Positions 13,088 through 27,099 of a DNA stretch of 64,000 nt are shown here, one piece after another (positions within the stretch are counted from its first letter, which is position 1; each line of letters opens with the position of its first letter). Below the pieces are notes generated by a model. That model saw nothing but the letters and a program-made list of their open reading frames with translations, did not search any database and was not told where the DNA came from. Origin of the DNA: Tubiluchus corallicola (lineage: Eukaryota; Animalia; Priapulida); the NCBI GenBank assembly GCA_030141605.1, contig JAQGDQ010000062.1:620001-684000 (forward strand), in the 5' to 3' direction. Made by a program: the position numbers and the translations under genes.

Positions 13088-16000
13088 CAGTTTGAAGCTT
13101 ATGAAGGGTTCATTCAAGAAAATCTTGCGTCCAGTCAGAAAACGTCTACAGAGTTTACCCCTAAATCGCGGAAGACGGGTGTGATTTAGCTTTCAAGTCA
13201 CTTGTAATTACGAGCAGAAATCCTTCTTGGTTTAGAAGTGATTATAACAGTCACAGCGTCTTCTTTACAATACTATCTAGCATTAATCACACAATTAAAT
13301 GGCTTATCACAGGTAATTACGCTAGATTGCTATCTACTAATCACTCGGCTGGAACTACAGTCAGGAGATTTCTATCTCGGCGAGTAAAACACCTGTAAAA
13401 AGTGGCCGAGTGGGGTAGTAATAATTATAAATACGTCGGTGCTTTGTAGCTGGTAGTGGGTTAGGTATTTTTGCGAATGTTGTTGATAGGTGGTTCTCAG
13501 TACATTAAACTATTACCCGGTCAGTATTACATAGTGCACCCGTAATTATAATCGCATTTATAAGGTCAAGAATGCCCGTTTACCCAATTTCAGTTCATTA
13601 TAAATTGTTTGAGCTTTGAAAAATACCCTGCACGACATATCAAACACTTCATTGTGTGCGCGTTTATACAGATATGTTAGGACTAACAACAAACTTATAA
13701 TCAGAATCCACAGGAGGCCGAGACAAGTACTTTAATGTAGCTAAACATTATTATACATCCACGGAGGAGTAAAAGGGCAAAGTTGAAAGTGTAGATAAAT
13801 TTTGATGTGATTGAACTGTAAGACGGGAAACGAAAAAAATGTGGTAAGCAAAAAACTAACTTCGAGGAACAATGTTTGGCTGAAGAATTCAGCTCTGGGG
13901 TGGTAACGGTCATGCTTTAGTAAGACATGAATTACTGATACTACGCGCAGACTCAACAACACGGATCATGTCGAAATAACTAAAGATTAGAAAACTGCTT
14001 AATATAACATGATAACACCAAAACTGATTATAAAACAGCAGACTGTTAGTCTTGTTTTGTAATTCGGGAACTGATGAAAATTTCGACTCATTAATCTAAG
14101 TACAGCCCGCCTTTCTAAAAGTGCCTGTTGGGCTTCAACCTTAAGCAAATTTTTTTAAGAAGCTTGTTGTGATATCACAACAAACAACGTTTTAAAACGA
14201 GATTAGTTGCAATTGGTCTTTCGCTGCCGTTTCGATCTTCACAAAAATACTAATATCTTCTATTTATCGTCTGCATTATATCTGTGGAAGTTAAGAAATT
14301 GTTGATTAACTATGTACAAAAAATTTCAACAATACGTGATTCTAAATTAAGAGGTACGAATTAATTTTGCTAAGAATTAATGTATTCAATCAGCACTGTG
14401 ATATATATATGTAGATGTGTTTGTTATAAATTGTGGTATTTTTTTAATCAACTTCGCTTAAAAAGAGCCCTGTATTCATAGGGACGTGTTCCTGTATGCG
14501 TCGTTTATTTAAGTGTGTGATTTGTTAATTGTACTTGTGTTTATGTTTGTGAAATAAAACGTTTATTATTATTATTATGTGCATATGTGTGTGGCAAGAT
14601 AATGTAAAGATTATGTCATATTACGTTAAGTTTGACAGCGTTACTGCAGTTTATGTCTTCTATGTACTGCGTACACAGGTTAGTTTGAACTTTCCAAAAG
14701 TAGCAGCGATCTTGACATTGTTCCTGAACTTCCTTCCTCTGGTTTACTGGTATTCACTGAAAGACAATAAATCTCATTAAACTTTGAATAGATTTAGGAA
14801 ATGGAATCTTACAATAGTGACCTATTGCTGGTGATACATTGAATGTGTCTCCTGCTGTGAGATTCTTCAAACCAAACTGATTGTTAACAAGTCGTCTGCT
14901 GTAAATACGCGTAGTAATTACCCACGCGGGCTGTAATCGTCAATGAACTTCTAGTAATAATCACCGTAACCATGAACCCTGGAGAAGCTACTACGTTATT
15001 TTACACTACGCCCAGCCGAGCAACTCCAATTATGTTTTTAATACTGTCTTCTTTCTGAGCTTATCAGTTTATTACAGGCTTTACAGAAGTAAAGTCCTAT
15101 ACAAAGTGCACACGAATAGTTTGCGATTGTTGTACGTGGCAAACAATACTATGCATGGCTCCAAAACTCATAAACTAGAAAACTGACATGAAGACTATGG
15201 TGGCTCCTTAATTTATTTGTATATGTAGACAGTTGAACGGTGACTGGTCACTTTAACAGTTAGGTGTTTTATGCCAAAAAGCAGCCGTAATATTAAGATC
15301 GTCATAATTTAGTGGTATACACGATATCAAGATGTATGCGTCAGCTACCTATATAACACCCTGTCAGTAAATGCAGTTTTTTTTATAGTACAACGGTGGA
15401 TTATCTTTCGGCAACAGCTTTTGTGTTTCCATGAAAAAGGGTTTTAAATCCACGGATTTTCTACAAGAACAACCAGAAATAGAATAGAAAAGGACTAACA
15501 AAAGATTAAAATAATGATAATAGAATGTCCAAACGCTTTATTGCAAAATATCTGTCCAAGAATCTCGATGTGTGACTGGTACAAGATCTTTTACAATGAT
15601 AGATGATTAGATTGTGACTAGTTACGTTTATCAATAATTCTTCTTAATATCTATATTAATTACTGCTTACACAAAACGGCGAAAATAACAATTAATGCAG
15701 ATGATACTTATTAGTACAACAGCACAGATTACAAGTGCGCAGATTACATGCTGCTAAAAATTTCTTTATTAAACTCAAAACTAATACGCCACAGGAGAAT
15801 ATTAGTAATGGATGAGCTATATGTGATGATGAGGCACTAAGCAATGGTTCAAGTTTATCAGAATTAGGTCGCAATTAATGACCTTTGAACCGTTAATGCA
15901 TCACCGTGAGAAGAAAAATTCACAGCATGAGGGCTGGAAGCTTGCATAGCAGCTCATTGATGCAATGTAGACCATTAACCCTTGACTTTTACACCAACCC

Positions 16001-17871
16001 AGTCTCAAGATTCAACATTCCTATTATATAAAAAAAATGGTTCAATTTCTTGATTTCTAAAAATTAAGCTATCTTTTAAAATTTAAAAATTGGTGCACAG
16101 GGGCGAACTAATTATTTTCATCGAGCAATTACAGAACAAATTTATGGAGGGATTAAGTGGCATCATCGAGCTTCCGATACGTGTAGAACAGTAACGCAAA
16201 ATCGGATAAAAATATCTTTGGAGGTTTTTATCGTTTTTTCTCTAAAACAAAACAGTGCAATTAAGTCTACAGCGCAAAATTTGAGAAAAAGAAATGATTA
16301 ATACAGTGGATGTGCGCATGCGCCGACACACGACAATCTGACGTCTGAAATTTATCAATAACAGCTAGCCAGTTGCATTGTTTCCTAAAATTTATAAAGA
16401 AAAATAATTTAATAAATAAAATAAAGGCGTGACAAAGATATTATACAAGATCTGACACGAACTTAAATTTTACAATTGTAACGACACATGCAGTTCTCTG
16501 GAGCTTGCAACAATCAAGAACTGTGTCAGATCGATTTAAATTCTCGAAGTTACTGGACTTCAAATAAGAAAAGTTTTTTGTTCGCAGTCCGATATATACG
16601 TGACAGTTTTCGCAGGGTCTCAGAGAATTCCTTGGTTACAATTTCATGAATAATTGTAAAAACTGCAGGATTTAGTCAAACACAATAATGACACCAACTA
16701 GCTAAAAACTGCAAATTACACTTAGCAATGAACTTATACAGGTAAATAAAATTAAACAATTTCTGCTCTACTGCTTTCTGAACATGGTTTGACACTGACA
16801 ACAACATTCATACCTTTCATACTGAACAACGTTAAACTAATATTATAGTTTCACTATAAACTCGAAAATTTAAATTCCCTATGCAAAAAATAACTAATTT
16901 CCAAAACATACGTACAACATAAATTCTTTGTAGTCAGATGACATAGTAGATAAAAACTAGTCTGGAATGTGAAGCATTGGGTTACTCGCTTATCTAGTTT
17001 TTTCAGCCAGCTGCCAGGTTATGTTGTTTAAAATCATTACACTATTATTTAACAATGTCACAGAATCCGTTTTTACATGATGATTTGTTATTTCTATAAT
17101 CTCCTTCTATCTACCCTTTTCACCACTCTCCTCTCTCTTTCCCTCTCTTTTTCTCTCACTCCCTCTCATTTTAGTCATATACACATTTAACTGTCAAATT
17201 GATTATTAACTTTAAAACAATCTGCGTACAATTTAAAGCAGTATTGTGCCATTGCAGACGTCCTGCTCAAAGAACTTGAAACAATACTTAACCGATGAAG
17301 CATCAGTCATATCACTACAGCTTCCTCATATTCATTTATCAGTAACATTATCAACATTCTACACAGACTTTACTTGCTGCTCCGGATTTTCAGTAATAAG
17401 TTACTTGTTATTCAATTAGCAAGGTTAACAGATAACAGATGTGCATTAGTAGGCATTTGTTTACCAAACAATGAACGAGACCGGCATCATGGTGAAATGA
17501 ATGGCTCTATAGTCAGCTGCGAGCGAGTAACCCAATAATGAAAATGTATTTCCAGACCAAAAAAGAAATGAACTTACAGTAAAAAATGTCAGTAAGCAGT
17601 CACAATTGAGTTGTCACAAAAGAATTTTACACGTATTTAAAAACTGTAAACAAGACTAATCAACATATTAAAAAATGACGAATAAAAAACCTTAACATCT
17701 CGTTATCATACATGGTTGCAACAGTCCTTTGCATAAATGAAAAACATGGCAGCAAGTCTTGCTTTCATACAAATACACATGAGAAATGACTTGCTTGAAC
17801 AAAATGTTCTTCATGGGTTAACTTTAGTGCATCAGTCGGTAGTTAAATTTGCCAGCCTGCAAAACTATGCA

Positions 17872-18008
17872 CACATATATATATATACATACACATGCAA
17901 CAAAAACACCGCATATACACACACGCATGCACACGCACGCGCGCACACACACACACACACACTAAAACACTGCATATATGCATATATATATATATATATA
18001 TATGCATA
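17872..18008. repeat. Mixed (TA)n/(CA)n low-complexity tract
   Basis: Direct reading. Confidence 0.85.
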
Positions 18009-19723
18009 CAACTAGAACACTGCATATACAATCTGGCTGCATGTAGTAGAGCACAGAAGTGGTTGTGCATTACACATCTTAGAAGTTTATTTTTAATGAA
18101 GACAAAGTCAAAACAAAATCACAACTCTTAAACACTGCAAGAACTGCAAAAACTACAACAATACTAATATGATAGCTAAATGCTATTATTCACTAGAAAA
18201 AATTGTGTACATAGTGAGTATTACAAGCTTCAATCAAGGTACATATAATAGCATAACATTATTACATAGCACAAAAACTATTAAATCAAACTACATAAAA
18301 GCAGATAAACAGAGCTGGTCATGGGATGATATTACCAGGGAAATGAATTAACGACGGGAAACATATGCCATTCCTGTAGAAATTAGGTGGGATGGGAATG
18401 TCATAAGAAATGTGGGAATCCCCACAACTAGCAAAGTGCACACTATCAGTTCATGCATATAGTAAAAATTAAATTATGATGAAGATAAGATAATCTTAAA
18501 AAACTCTCAAGTCTCAGTAAGGACTTAAAATAGCCATCAATTAGTTTAAAAATTAGATTATGCATGTTAAAATATTGCTTTTCTTTCTTTTATTCACTAG
18601 CCTTGTTTTGCTATAGTTTCTCAAGACCTGTAAACCAATTTATGTACCAAAGTACCTGGTTATATCAATTCTCATTTCACATGCTTCAAGTATCAGTGAA
18701 AATACAGTTTTAGAATGAACTAGGAAAAAAATAGTAGGGATTCCCACCAAATGTTTGGGTAGAGGTAGAAGAAACCTTTCACATGGGCAGCTCTGCAAAT
18801 AAGGCACAATATTTTCTTCTTCATCCTACATGAAACACTCCAAAAAAATCATTAGTCTAAACATTTTCATTCACTTACCCCAGCTCTTACTCACTAATTT
18901 CCAATGAGTTACTTTGTTCATTTGAGTAGTAATTTTTAAAACTGAAATATCAGACTAGTCTCTTCACACTTTACATGATAATCTATTTATAATACCTGTG
19001 GTTTTTATTTTAGCCTATTGTGAATAGTTACAGTTTCATTAATTGCATTAAGTTTTAGGATTAAAATAATGGAAGGTACCCACAATTGTCAAATTTGAAA
19101 CCAAACTAGACTAACAGAAACAAAACGTGGAGAATCCAAGACTGATTAATCCCAACATTTTTTAGCTTGGTTCCAATATTTAATAATTGTAGGTAGACAC
19201 ATAAAAATGTTATGCAGATGCCTTAGGCAGCAGAATTTTGCTAAGCCATCTACATTATACAACAATACTCAATTTCAAGAAGAAAGCACATGTGCAAGCT
19301 TTCAACTGTTATGCCTAATCTATGTAAAATGAATGTATAAAGAATGACACAAATCTTAACAACAATAGGTTTAAAAAATATTTGGTTTCCTGGCAGAGTG
19401 AAAAATTTTTGAAAACGCATCACATTCTCAGTCGCATTTGCAACTCTCCACGTGAGCCATGAAGTTTTGAGTAGTGAGCACTACATAGCACACAACATTT
19501 TACTATTATAGTATGCACAGCATTTACAATGGCCAGCGTACATGCGTCATTATAAAAAATGGAAAGTTCTGCACTGTAATATGCGTATCATAACTTGCAT
19601 CTTGGATAAAAGTTTTGAGGTTCATTAAAATCAACACAAATAAAATGCTTAAATGGCAAGACAAATAATAAATGTATTGAATATAATGTATTCTGTTTCA
19701 CAATAACAACAACCGTGACGTGT

Positions 19724-20446
19724 TTATGCAGGTACGGTCAGTGTGGTTCCTTGCCTCTTCAACTCCATCTCTTTCTTATGTGATAACTTTGGCACGTTGG
19801 GTTTTGAAGACCAGCTCGTTGCGATCTCGAAATCTGATGGGCAAGCTTTCTTGAATGCTTCTGACTGGTATGCATTCTTCATGTATTTCCAAAGATGAGT
19901 AAAATCAGCCGGTATATCAAAATTCTTCAGTGCTTTGGCAGCAATGCGAACATGGTGCAGCTTTGGTAGTACAATACAATCCAGATGTGTCATTTCTTCA
20001 GAGCATAGATAGCGTGTTCCAGAATTAGCTAAGAAAGAATCAATCTTCTGCAGCTCAGTAATTAGATGAGAGGGGTCTGTAGTGACTTCACGCATATAGA
20101 ATGCAAACTTCGAGAACAAATTCTCTGTCGCCTTTTCTGCAGCTTTGTTATTGTAGGACAAGTCTACTTCGAGAAAATTCAAGTCTAGGTACTGGACAAT
20201 CTCGTTAGGATCTTCCATAATTCGTTCCTGGTGCACAATAATTGGTATCCTTGACGACAGCTTCCGGTATGATTCAGGAGGTTTAGCCATGTTGATCGTT
20301 GTAACCGTAAACTGCAACTCTTTTGTCTGAGACTTTAGCAGCAGAACCATAAAAACTTGTTGGCAGACAGCACAACCTCCGTAGCAGGATCCATCACTTC
20401 CTGCCCTGACGTACAAATCAATGTGGTTAGATGGTTTTGAAGACAT
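19724..20446 (-). CDS. CLIC: Chloride intracellular channel protein (CLIC/EXC-4 family, GST fold); intronless CDS
   Basis: 240-aa ORF with LYVRAGSDG..GGCAVCQQVFMVLLLK, TTINMAKPP, DCIVLPKLHHVRIA, LWKYMKNAY, FKKACPSDFEI; acceptor tttcag 4 nt before the ATG. Confidence 0.93.
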   Translation of the reverse strand: MSSKPSNHIDLYVRAGSDGSCYGGCAVCQQVFMVLLLKSQTKELQFTVTTINMAKPPESYRKLSSRIPIIVHQERIMEDPNEIVQYLDLNFLEVDLSYNNKAAEKATENLFSKFAFYMREVTTDPSHLITELQKIDSFLANSGTRYLCSEEMTHLDCIVLPKLHHVRIAAKALKNFDIPADFTHLWKYMKNAYQSEAFKKACPSDFEIATSWSSKPNVPKLSHKKEMELKRQGTTLTVPA

Positions 20447-20959
20447 GATCCTGAAACCAAATATGGAATATATAACACATTTTTATTGGCAAACCTACAG
20501 TCTACATCTGTAATACAAACATGCATCGCTCAAGTAAAATATCAAAAATTTCTAAATACATCTGCGCAAAAAATTAAGTTAGAACTGAGGAAACATAACT
20601 GTAATAGATTAAACATAAAATAAATGCAGAACAGTCTCCATGCCATTTGCTTTAAGTCACTAAACACTGCAGAGATGTAACATGCATGCAGCAACCATAT
20701 TGATACAACAAGTAAAATTTGTCATTACTGATTAAGTTTGGTTTCCGTACGTAGAATTTTTTGAAATTATGCTCAAAATTGTAGAAATTCAGTTGAGCAA
20801 AGAAGTGTGTAGAAATTCAGTTTCAATTTGGTACAAAATTTAGAACTGTTTCAGTAAAATCAGGTTTCAGTGCATACCTAAATCAAATAGCCATATGTCA
20901 CATGACTCCAAAATTGAAGCTACCAAGTAAGTGCAACACCTTGGGAGGAACAATCCCGA

Positions 20960-21585
20960 ATACCAGTATCAATTTGACAGATTATTCCTATCAGTGGTCA
21001 GTGGCTACTTTTGAGAATGATTTGGGTGTTGTTGTCGATGACCAACTCAAATGACGCACGCACATCAATGATAAAGTCGGCAAGGTAAATCAGTTACTTG
21101 GAGCAATCTCTTGAACAATTGTTAGTAGGATTAGAGACATCAACATACCAATATATAAATATTAGTGTACAACTGAATGAAACGCACTGAAAATGCAACT
21201 CAAGTTTGGATTCCGCATTATGTCAGGGATAATTCAGTTCTAGAGCAAGTGCAAGAGGGAGCAGTGAATATGAACTTCTGGTTTAAACATCAGTGCATAT
21301 AAGGAAAAACTACATGAACAAGTTATACAGCCTTTCATACAGATGTAGTAGAGGAATCCTAATCGAGATGTATAAAATGTTCACAAGTGTCTCGCACTTG
21401 GATCCTGCATTGGTCTTTGTTAGCCATCCCACAAGCACAAAACATATAAAATATAGTTGCAGCTGAATGTATACAAGTTTCATTTCTCAAATGCAGAAGT
21501 AAATCTATGGAATTTACTGCCAGAAGACGTTATCAAAAGCACCACAATCAATGCCATCAAAACGCGCTTGGACAAATTTGCATGT
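20960..21585 (+). mobile_element. Decayed 3' fragment of a CR1/L2-type LINE ORF2
   Basis: Translates, with stops, to ENDLGVVVDDQLK*RTHINDKVGKVNQLLG and VNLWNLLPEDVIKSTTINAIKTRLDK. Confidence 0.8.
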
Positions 21586-22047
21586 ACTGCTGCTAGAAAC
21601 CGCCTATACTAGCACACATGCTGGCACACAAGGAGGTAAAACATTTCCCAAGATAAACTATGCTCAACAGATAATAAGATAAATTGAGTAGAATTCAAAA
21701 ATTGATCGGTTGGCTAACATTCACTACCAGGCAGTACTAACCACCAGCAGGTGAAAACCAGAGCCTAGAGCAGTGGTGCGCAAATGGTGTGATGGTACGC
21801 ACTTGTGCGAATGAGAAAAAGCCTTGTGAAACCGAATAGGTGTACGAGGGAAAACAGAAGTGTGTATGGAATGCGATCTCGGCCAATATGTAGAAAATGT
21901 TGTTTTTATATTAATGCGCCTGTTACAATTTTTTGCTATATTAACAATACAGATGCTGATCTACTGCTAATAATTTGCAAAATATAAAGCATTATTGACG
22001 TTACTGCTCCAAAATCCTGGCAGTTACCCAACTGCTGATAATAGATA

Positions 22048-22881
22048 CCGTATATACTCGCATATAAGCCGAATTTAGAACTATAAAATACAATACTGAA
22101 ATCAGGGGGTCGGCTTATATGCGCATGAAACAAAATGAACACAAGGACAGACACTAATGCCAATTTTCCAGCCACACATTTTCATCGCTATCTGACTCTT
22201 TATTTGGTTGTGTGTCACCAGTGGTGTATTGGAGGGGGATCGTGGGGGATCGCCATCCACCCACTTTTTTTTTAGAAAAAATTCACATTTCAATAAATGT
22301 CTGCTTTTTGTATTCATTAGATAAAAAATATTAAAAATGTATACGGGTTTAACATTAAATCTACTTGTTTTCATTTTTTCAAAAAACGGTTGTAAATAAT
22401 GTCAATTTCTTTCAAATTTGTGACTGTAAAATGGTAAGTCTTGAGACTAGCCGTCCACCTACTTTTTATTTAGCAATACACCACCTGTGTGTCACCAGTT
22501 GCGAGCCGTAACCAAGCTACAGCTAGTGGTGAAGCCGACGTCATCAGCCAATTGGTAGGCAGCGCGTGGGGAGACGAGGGTCACGTGGCTTATAGAGGTA
22601 CAGCAAACCAATGAGGCAAACGTGAGCACGCGGCCACAGAATTTAAAAGTGTGCTGAATTTTGATAACTTTAGTTGTAAAATTATTTGTGCAATACACCA
22701 TGCCTGGAGAAAAAAGAAAACGTATGTCCTATACTGCTGACTTCAAGCTAAAAGTGATGGAGTAAAATTAGACAAGTTGATGGTCGGCTTATATACGGGT
22801 TTTTGCAAAAACTGGCCATTTTAAAGCAGTTTTAGGGGGTCGGCTTATATGCGATGTAGGCTTATATGCGAGTATATACGG
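22048..22881 (+). mobile_element. Non-autonomous Tc1/mariner (Tc2/pogo-like) element
   Basis: TIRs CCGTATATACTCGCATATAAGCC / GGCTTATATGCGAGTATATACGG, TA on both sides; transposase N-terminal remnant MPGEKRKRMSYTADFKLKVME* at 22700-22765. Confidence 0.9.
22219..22487. mobile_element. hAT-type MITE nested in the Tc2-like element
   Basis: TIRs CAGTGGTGTATTG / CAATACACCACCTG; perfect 8-bp TSD TGTGTCAC (22211-22218 and 22488-22495). Confidence 0.88.
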
Positions 22882-22939
22882 TATGTGCAGGTACTACTTC
22901 GGACATGCATATCACTACGGGCAATTACGAATTCACTAT

Positions 22940-23950
22940 CTGAGAGTAACTTGACCTTGAGTAAAGTGGTAAAAACAGCTTGCATACAAAGACGCAAATT
23001 TACGTCAGTTCAGTATTGTAAATTTTGAGAAGTTGTTAGCAGCTGTAATCAATGAATTCATTTTGGAGCACTGTTAGTTTTTTCAGTACTGGGAGAAAGA
23101 ATCGTTGAGTGGTCACACGGTATGTGCTTGCTTGAGTTGCCACAAATTTAGACAACACCCAAAATGGTTAGTAAGTAAATTATCCCCAGCACATTGTCCA
23201 TTAACCATTTTATTGGAAAATCCAATAAATTCGCCTTCTCTTTCAACAGAGCTTGGATTACTGGCACACTTTTCGAGCAAATGTTTCAAAACCAGATAAA
23301 ACAAGGCTTCCTCCATTTTTGCTGTTTTACCTGACGACTTTTTTTGTCTGACACTGATGCGTTGTCAGTCACCAGCCATTTTTTAGATACCTTGGTTATA
23401 TCAGCAACTCTACGTCATTTAACCTCTTTAACCTACTTAGCGGAAAAATAGTTTGCATTTCTTGAGTTTGTTTTCACGAATAAATTCACAGATCTCCTTC
23501 TTTCGCAGAATATGCAGTATCTTTCAGGTAAATTCTAATTATATTTCTGAATTATATTATAATTCTTATAGAGCAACTACAATTTATGTCTTTATCGATG
23601 CTCCTAGTCAACTTAAAATTTCTGCATTAATATATTTTCCTCTAGTCACTTTCTACAAGATTTAAATCGCTAAATATCATGATTGTTTTTGTGTTAAAAG
23701 GTCATTGTTTTTGCAATACAAAGGCGTTTATTGGTAGTAATTCATTGCAAACTACCTGGCGTTATATTTATGGAATTAATTTCTAATGTAAAATAGACGT
23801 ATAGCGCAGCAAATTTGTTGGTGGATGGCAGTAGACAAGGTGGTGGTATTCCCTAGATATTTAATACATTATGGAAATCAGGACAGGGCATAAGTAGGCA
23901 TTATGGCGAGATGGGCTTTATAACAGGGGGCAGTATAACGAGGTTTATAA
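22940..23950 (-). mobile_element. Decayed pogo/Tigger transposon remnant
   Basis: Frameshifted MEEALF.WF...SVPVIQALLKEKA (CENP-B-type HTH-like) near 23200-23320; TIR-like AAACCTCGTTATA near 23935-23947. Confidence 0.5.
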
Positions 23951-24924
23951 CTAACTAACTAAGCTAAGCGAAATAATAATCCATATCCATAATAACTGAA
24001 GGAGATTTAGCAGAAAATAATAAAAATACTTATGGCTGCATTAGAAAATCACTTTAGAACAAATTATGAGTGTTTTTCTGTGTTTGGGGTGGTGGGAATG
24101 AGATTTTGCGACGTCATCGGAGTGCGAATGTGGCTGAAGCGAGTTACGTACCACTGGCCAAGAGGCTAATTAAAAAGGGGATCGAAAACGGAAACGCTCA
24201 CTATCATGTGAGCATATTGGCAATAATTAATTCTTCAGATTTAGTTTGCACTTAGGGGTCCAAAATATCCTTTTAATGCGTGTAGAAAATGTCGGCTAAG
24301 CTCTCCCGTATGCGTGCGGGCTTACGCTCCACTCAAGTCCCGAGTTACAATTAACGGGCTTCAGAGCTCGACTTGTTTCAGTCCTAGCTACTAGCAGTTC
24401 TGGTTGAACTTAGTGAACTATAATTATTAGTGCTTAGTAATAAAGCTGAAAACCTACGCGTGTTAAGAACCAATTTTGTAAATTATTGTAGTCAAACCGG
24501 CGTTTCCTAAAATTTGGTCACTATCAAAACAGCATCAAATTTCAATATTCATTCAGCAACGGTGCTGCCACACGGCGGTACCAATTGGTATGTTTATAGA
24601 TATTTAATACTATTATCTATGGGTTGAGCCATCATTCTGTTGGTGGTGTGGCAGGATTAATGCAGGACATGCTGGTCCTTGCTGGATACACCTACAATCT
24701 AGTTATCAAGGATATACATATGTATTTATTTATTTATTTAGAACATGAGTACTATCAGAAAAACATTCTTGTACCATACACACACTCACACACTAATACC
24801 AGTAGAGAACAGTAGACGCATTACATGTGATCCATGGATCTACCTCTAGCCTTAACTTTGTATATGGATATGCTAGTAATTCTTTTAGATTAAAATACCG
24901 AACCAGTAGATGTGGTTCATTAAT

Positions 24925-24982
24925 AATCATATAATAATAATTATAATAACAACAACAACAATAATAATAATAATAATAATAT
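24925..24982. repeat. (AAT)n/(AAC)n microsatellite
   Basis: Direct reading. Confidence 0.8.
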
Positions 24983-25144
24983 AACTATATTCAAATTAAA
25001 ATTGCTTTCACATCAGGAATCGCAGGATTCCATGTCATGCTCCCTCAATATGATGGTACGAACACACATGTGCCAACAATTAATTAAACAAGATATTTTA
25101 ATACCAAACTTGAAAGGCACTTTAAGATAGGAAAAGTGAAAAAG

Positions 25145-25213
25145 TTGACAGCCTGGATTCGAACCAGGGACAATCTGCTTTAAAGAAAAATCTGTAGACT
25201 TTGCACCACGAAC
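25145..25213 (-). pseudogene. tRNA-derived SINE head or tRNA pseudogene
   Basis: Perfect T-arm CCTGG-TTCGAAT-CCAGG (B box, 25152-25168); A-box-like TGGTGCAAAG upstream; no intact cloverleaf. Confidence 0.55.
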
Positions 25214-27099
25214 ATTCTGCTTACAAACTGGAGCATACGGACTATACCAACTTCTTCACGTTTCCTGTCTTTCAAGTTTCACATTAAAATTTAATAAGTT
25301 TATACCACTATTAACAGTACTGACCTGAAGATGATATTATTTCATCAATGAAAAAATAGCCCTGGAAATGAAAGCACCGGCCACTAGTCCAAATTTCTTG
25401 GCGATCATACATAGGCAGGTGATATTGACTAGCAACAGAAAATCTTGATCATTAATGACAATTACAATTATACATTACATATGCCCGTGAATTAATAACA
25501 CATAATTGAACCAGTACTATGGCGTATATGGAACCAAGAGATCTAAAAAATAATTTTGCTGCATTGTACAATCGGAATGGCAATGCGTCACCGGTGTGAG
25601 AAAAAAATAAAAAACACTAAACACCATCTCACACATAAGAACAGAATGGTGGCTGTCACTAATGAGATATTCAAGTGGTGGAGACTTGTGGATGTAGACT
25701 GCTGCATCAGCAGCACTCTTTCGACTTTTGCTGCTGTGACTCAGTAGTGCTGGAAACCCAGTACGAATGCAAAAACTCTTGCGTGCATCTACATGACTAA
25801 CAAGGCTGAAGATTAGTAACTATGAGCTCAACACGTACCAGATGACAGTTTGATTTTGGAGCAGCAAATTCCAAGCCAGTTCTATCTGCCCGGTATTGAC
25901 ACTATTTGCCCATAGTTGGGGTATAGATTTGTGTGTGACAGGAACGCAGCCACATGCTGGTGGGTGGGACTTTACTGTAATTAGCACAATACATCTAGGG
26001 CTTCATACTGCTCTGAGATCTAACATTGATTAGCTTATCCCAGTAGAAGGATAGTTACCAGCTTGCATCTTGAGAAGGTTACACATACAGCTATCTTGGG
26101 TGTGGAGAGATCATACACCAGCAAGAGAGGCTTACGTAATTGATTGCCTTTCCACCGTCAAGGCGGCCGAAACCCTAGTCATGTCACACACATTCACACG
26201 CACGCACACACCTGCTGCATGCAAACTTAAATCAACTAAGCTACATGTTATGAGCTATTACTCCACGTTTTAATCCACTTAATCCAAAAAAGTGGATAAC
26301 ACATAGAGGCATGAAAATAAGTGAAAGACAGTTTCAAAGAAAGTATAAAATGTAATTATTTATCATATGATTTTAAATTTTTTTCATAATAAAGGAAGTA
26401 AAAGAAATTTAAGCACTTTATTTCATGATTGTGAAAGAAACGTCAAAGAGTGACACCAGTGGGTAAGAGGTCAGTCAGCATTCTGATAAAGCAGCATACA
26501 CAACTATAGGGATTCCACAGTACAGTACACTCGTCTAGGAAGAATAGATCCAACAATTTTTTCAACAGCTCAGCAAACAGCAGAAAGTAAAAACTTGATC
26601 AGACCAAAACCATGTGCATGTGAGAAACAGTAAAAATGGCAAACTGTTTCTTACATGCAAATTATTGAAGTTGTGTATTAATATTGAAATGTGTATAGAT
26701 ACCATTTATAGTAATGTATTATTTCTGTCGACTGTTGACTTATAATGCTGGTCCTTGTACTTCTTTTACATTAATTTTCTTCTTATTTTTAGTCACTTTA
26801 GTTTACGAAGGCCAGCTCTTGCTAAAAACAATTTTGTCTTTTTATGCATTAACAAAAACATGGCTCAAAATAGACTTCTTCACATTACATTAACCATGTC
26901 ATCAATGTCAAAAGTCAATCAGTGATATGGAGTAAAATTTTACCTACTGCATGGCAGCCAAACTGTATTTACAGCCATAGCTATGATTTATAGCATTTAC
27001 ATGCTGAATGAACTACAGCTGTCTGGCTTTAGTTGGACTGTCAGCAACTTAATAATAATTTGTCCCCTGTTTCTATCATTGGCTCAACAGCTCAAACCA

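Noticed and set aside
13401-13415. tRNA A-box-like GTGGCCGAGTGG
   Set aside because: No B box or cloverleaf downstream
25400-26250. Possible decayed LINE endonuclease
   Set aside because: Motif similarity too weak to support by eye
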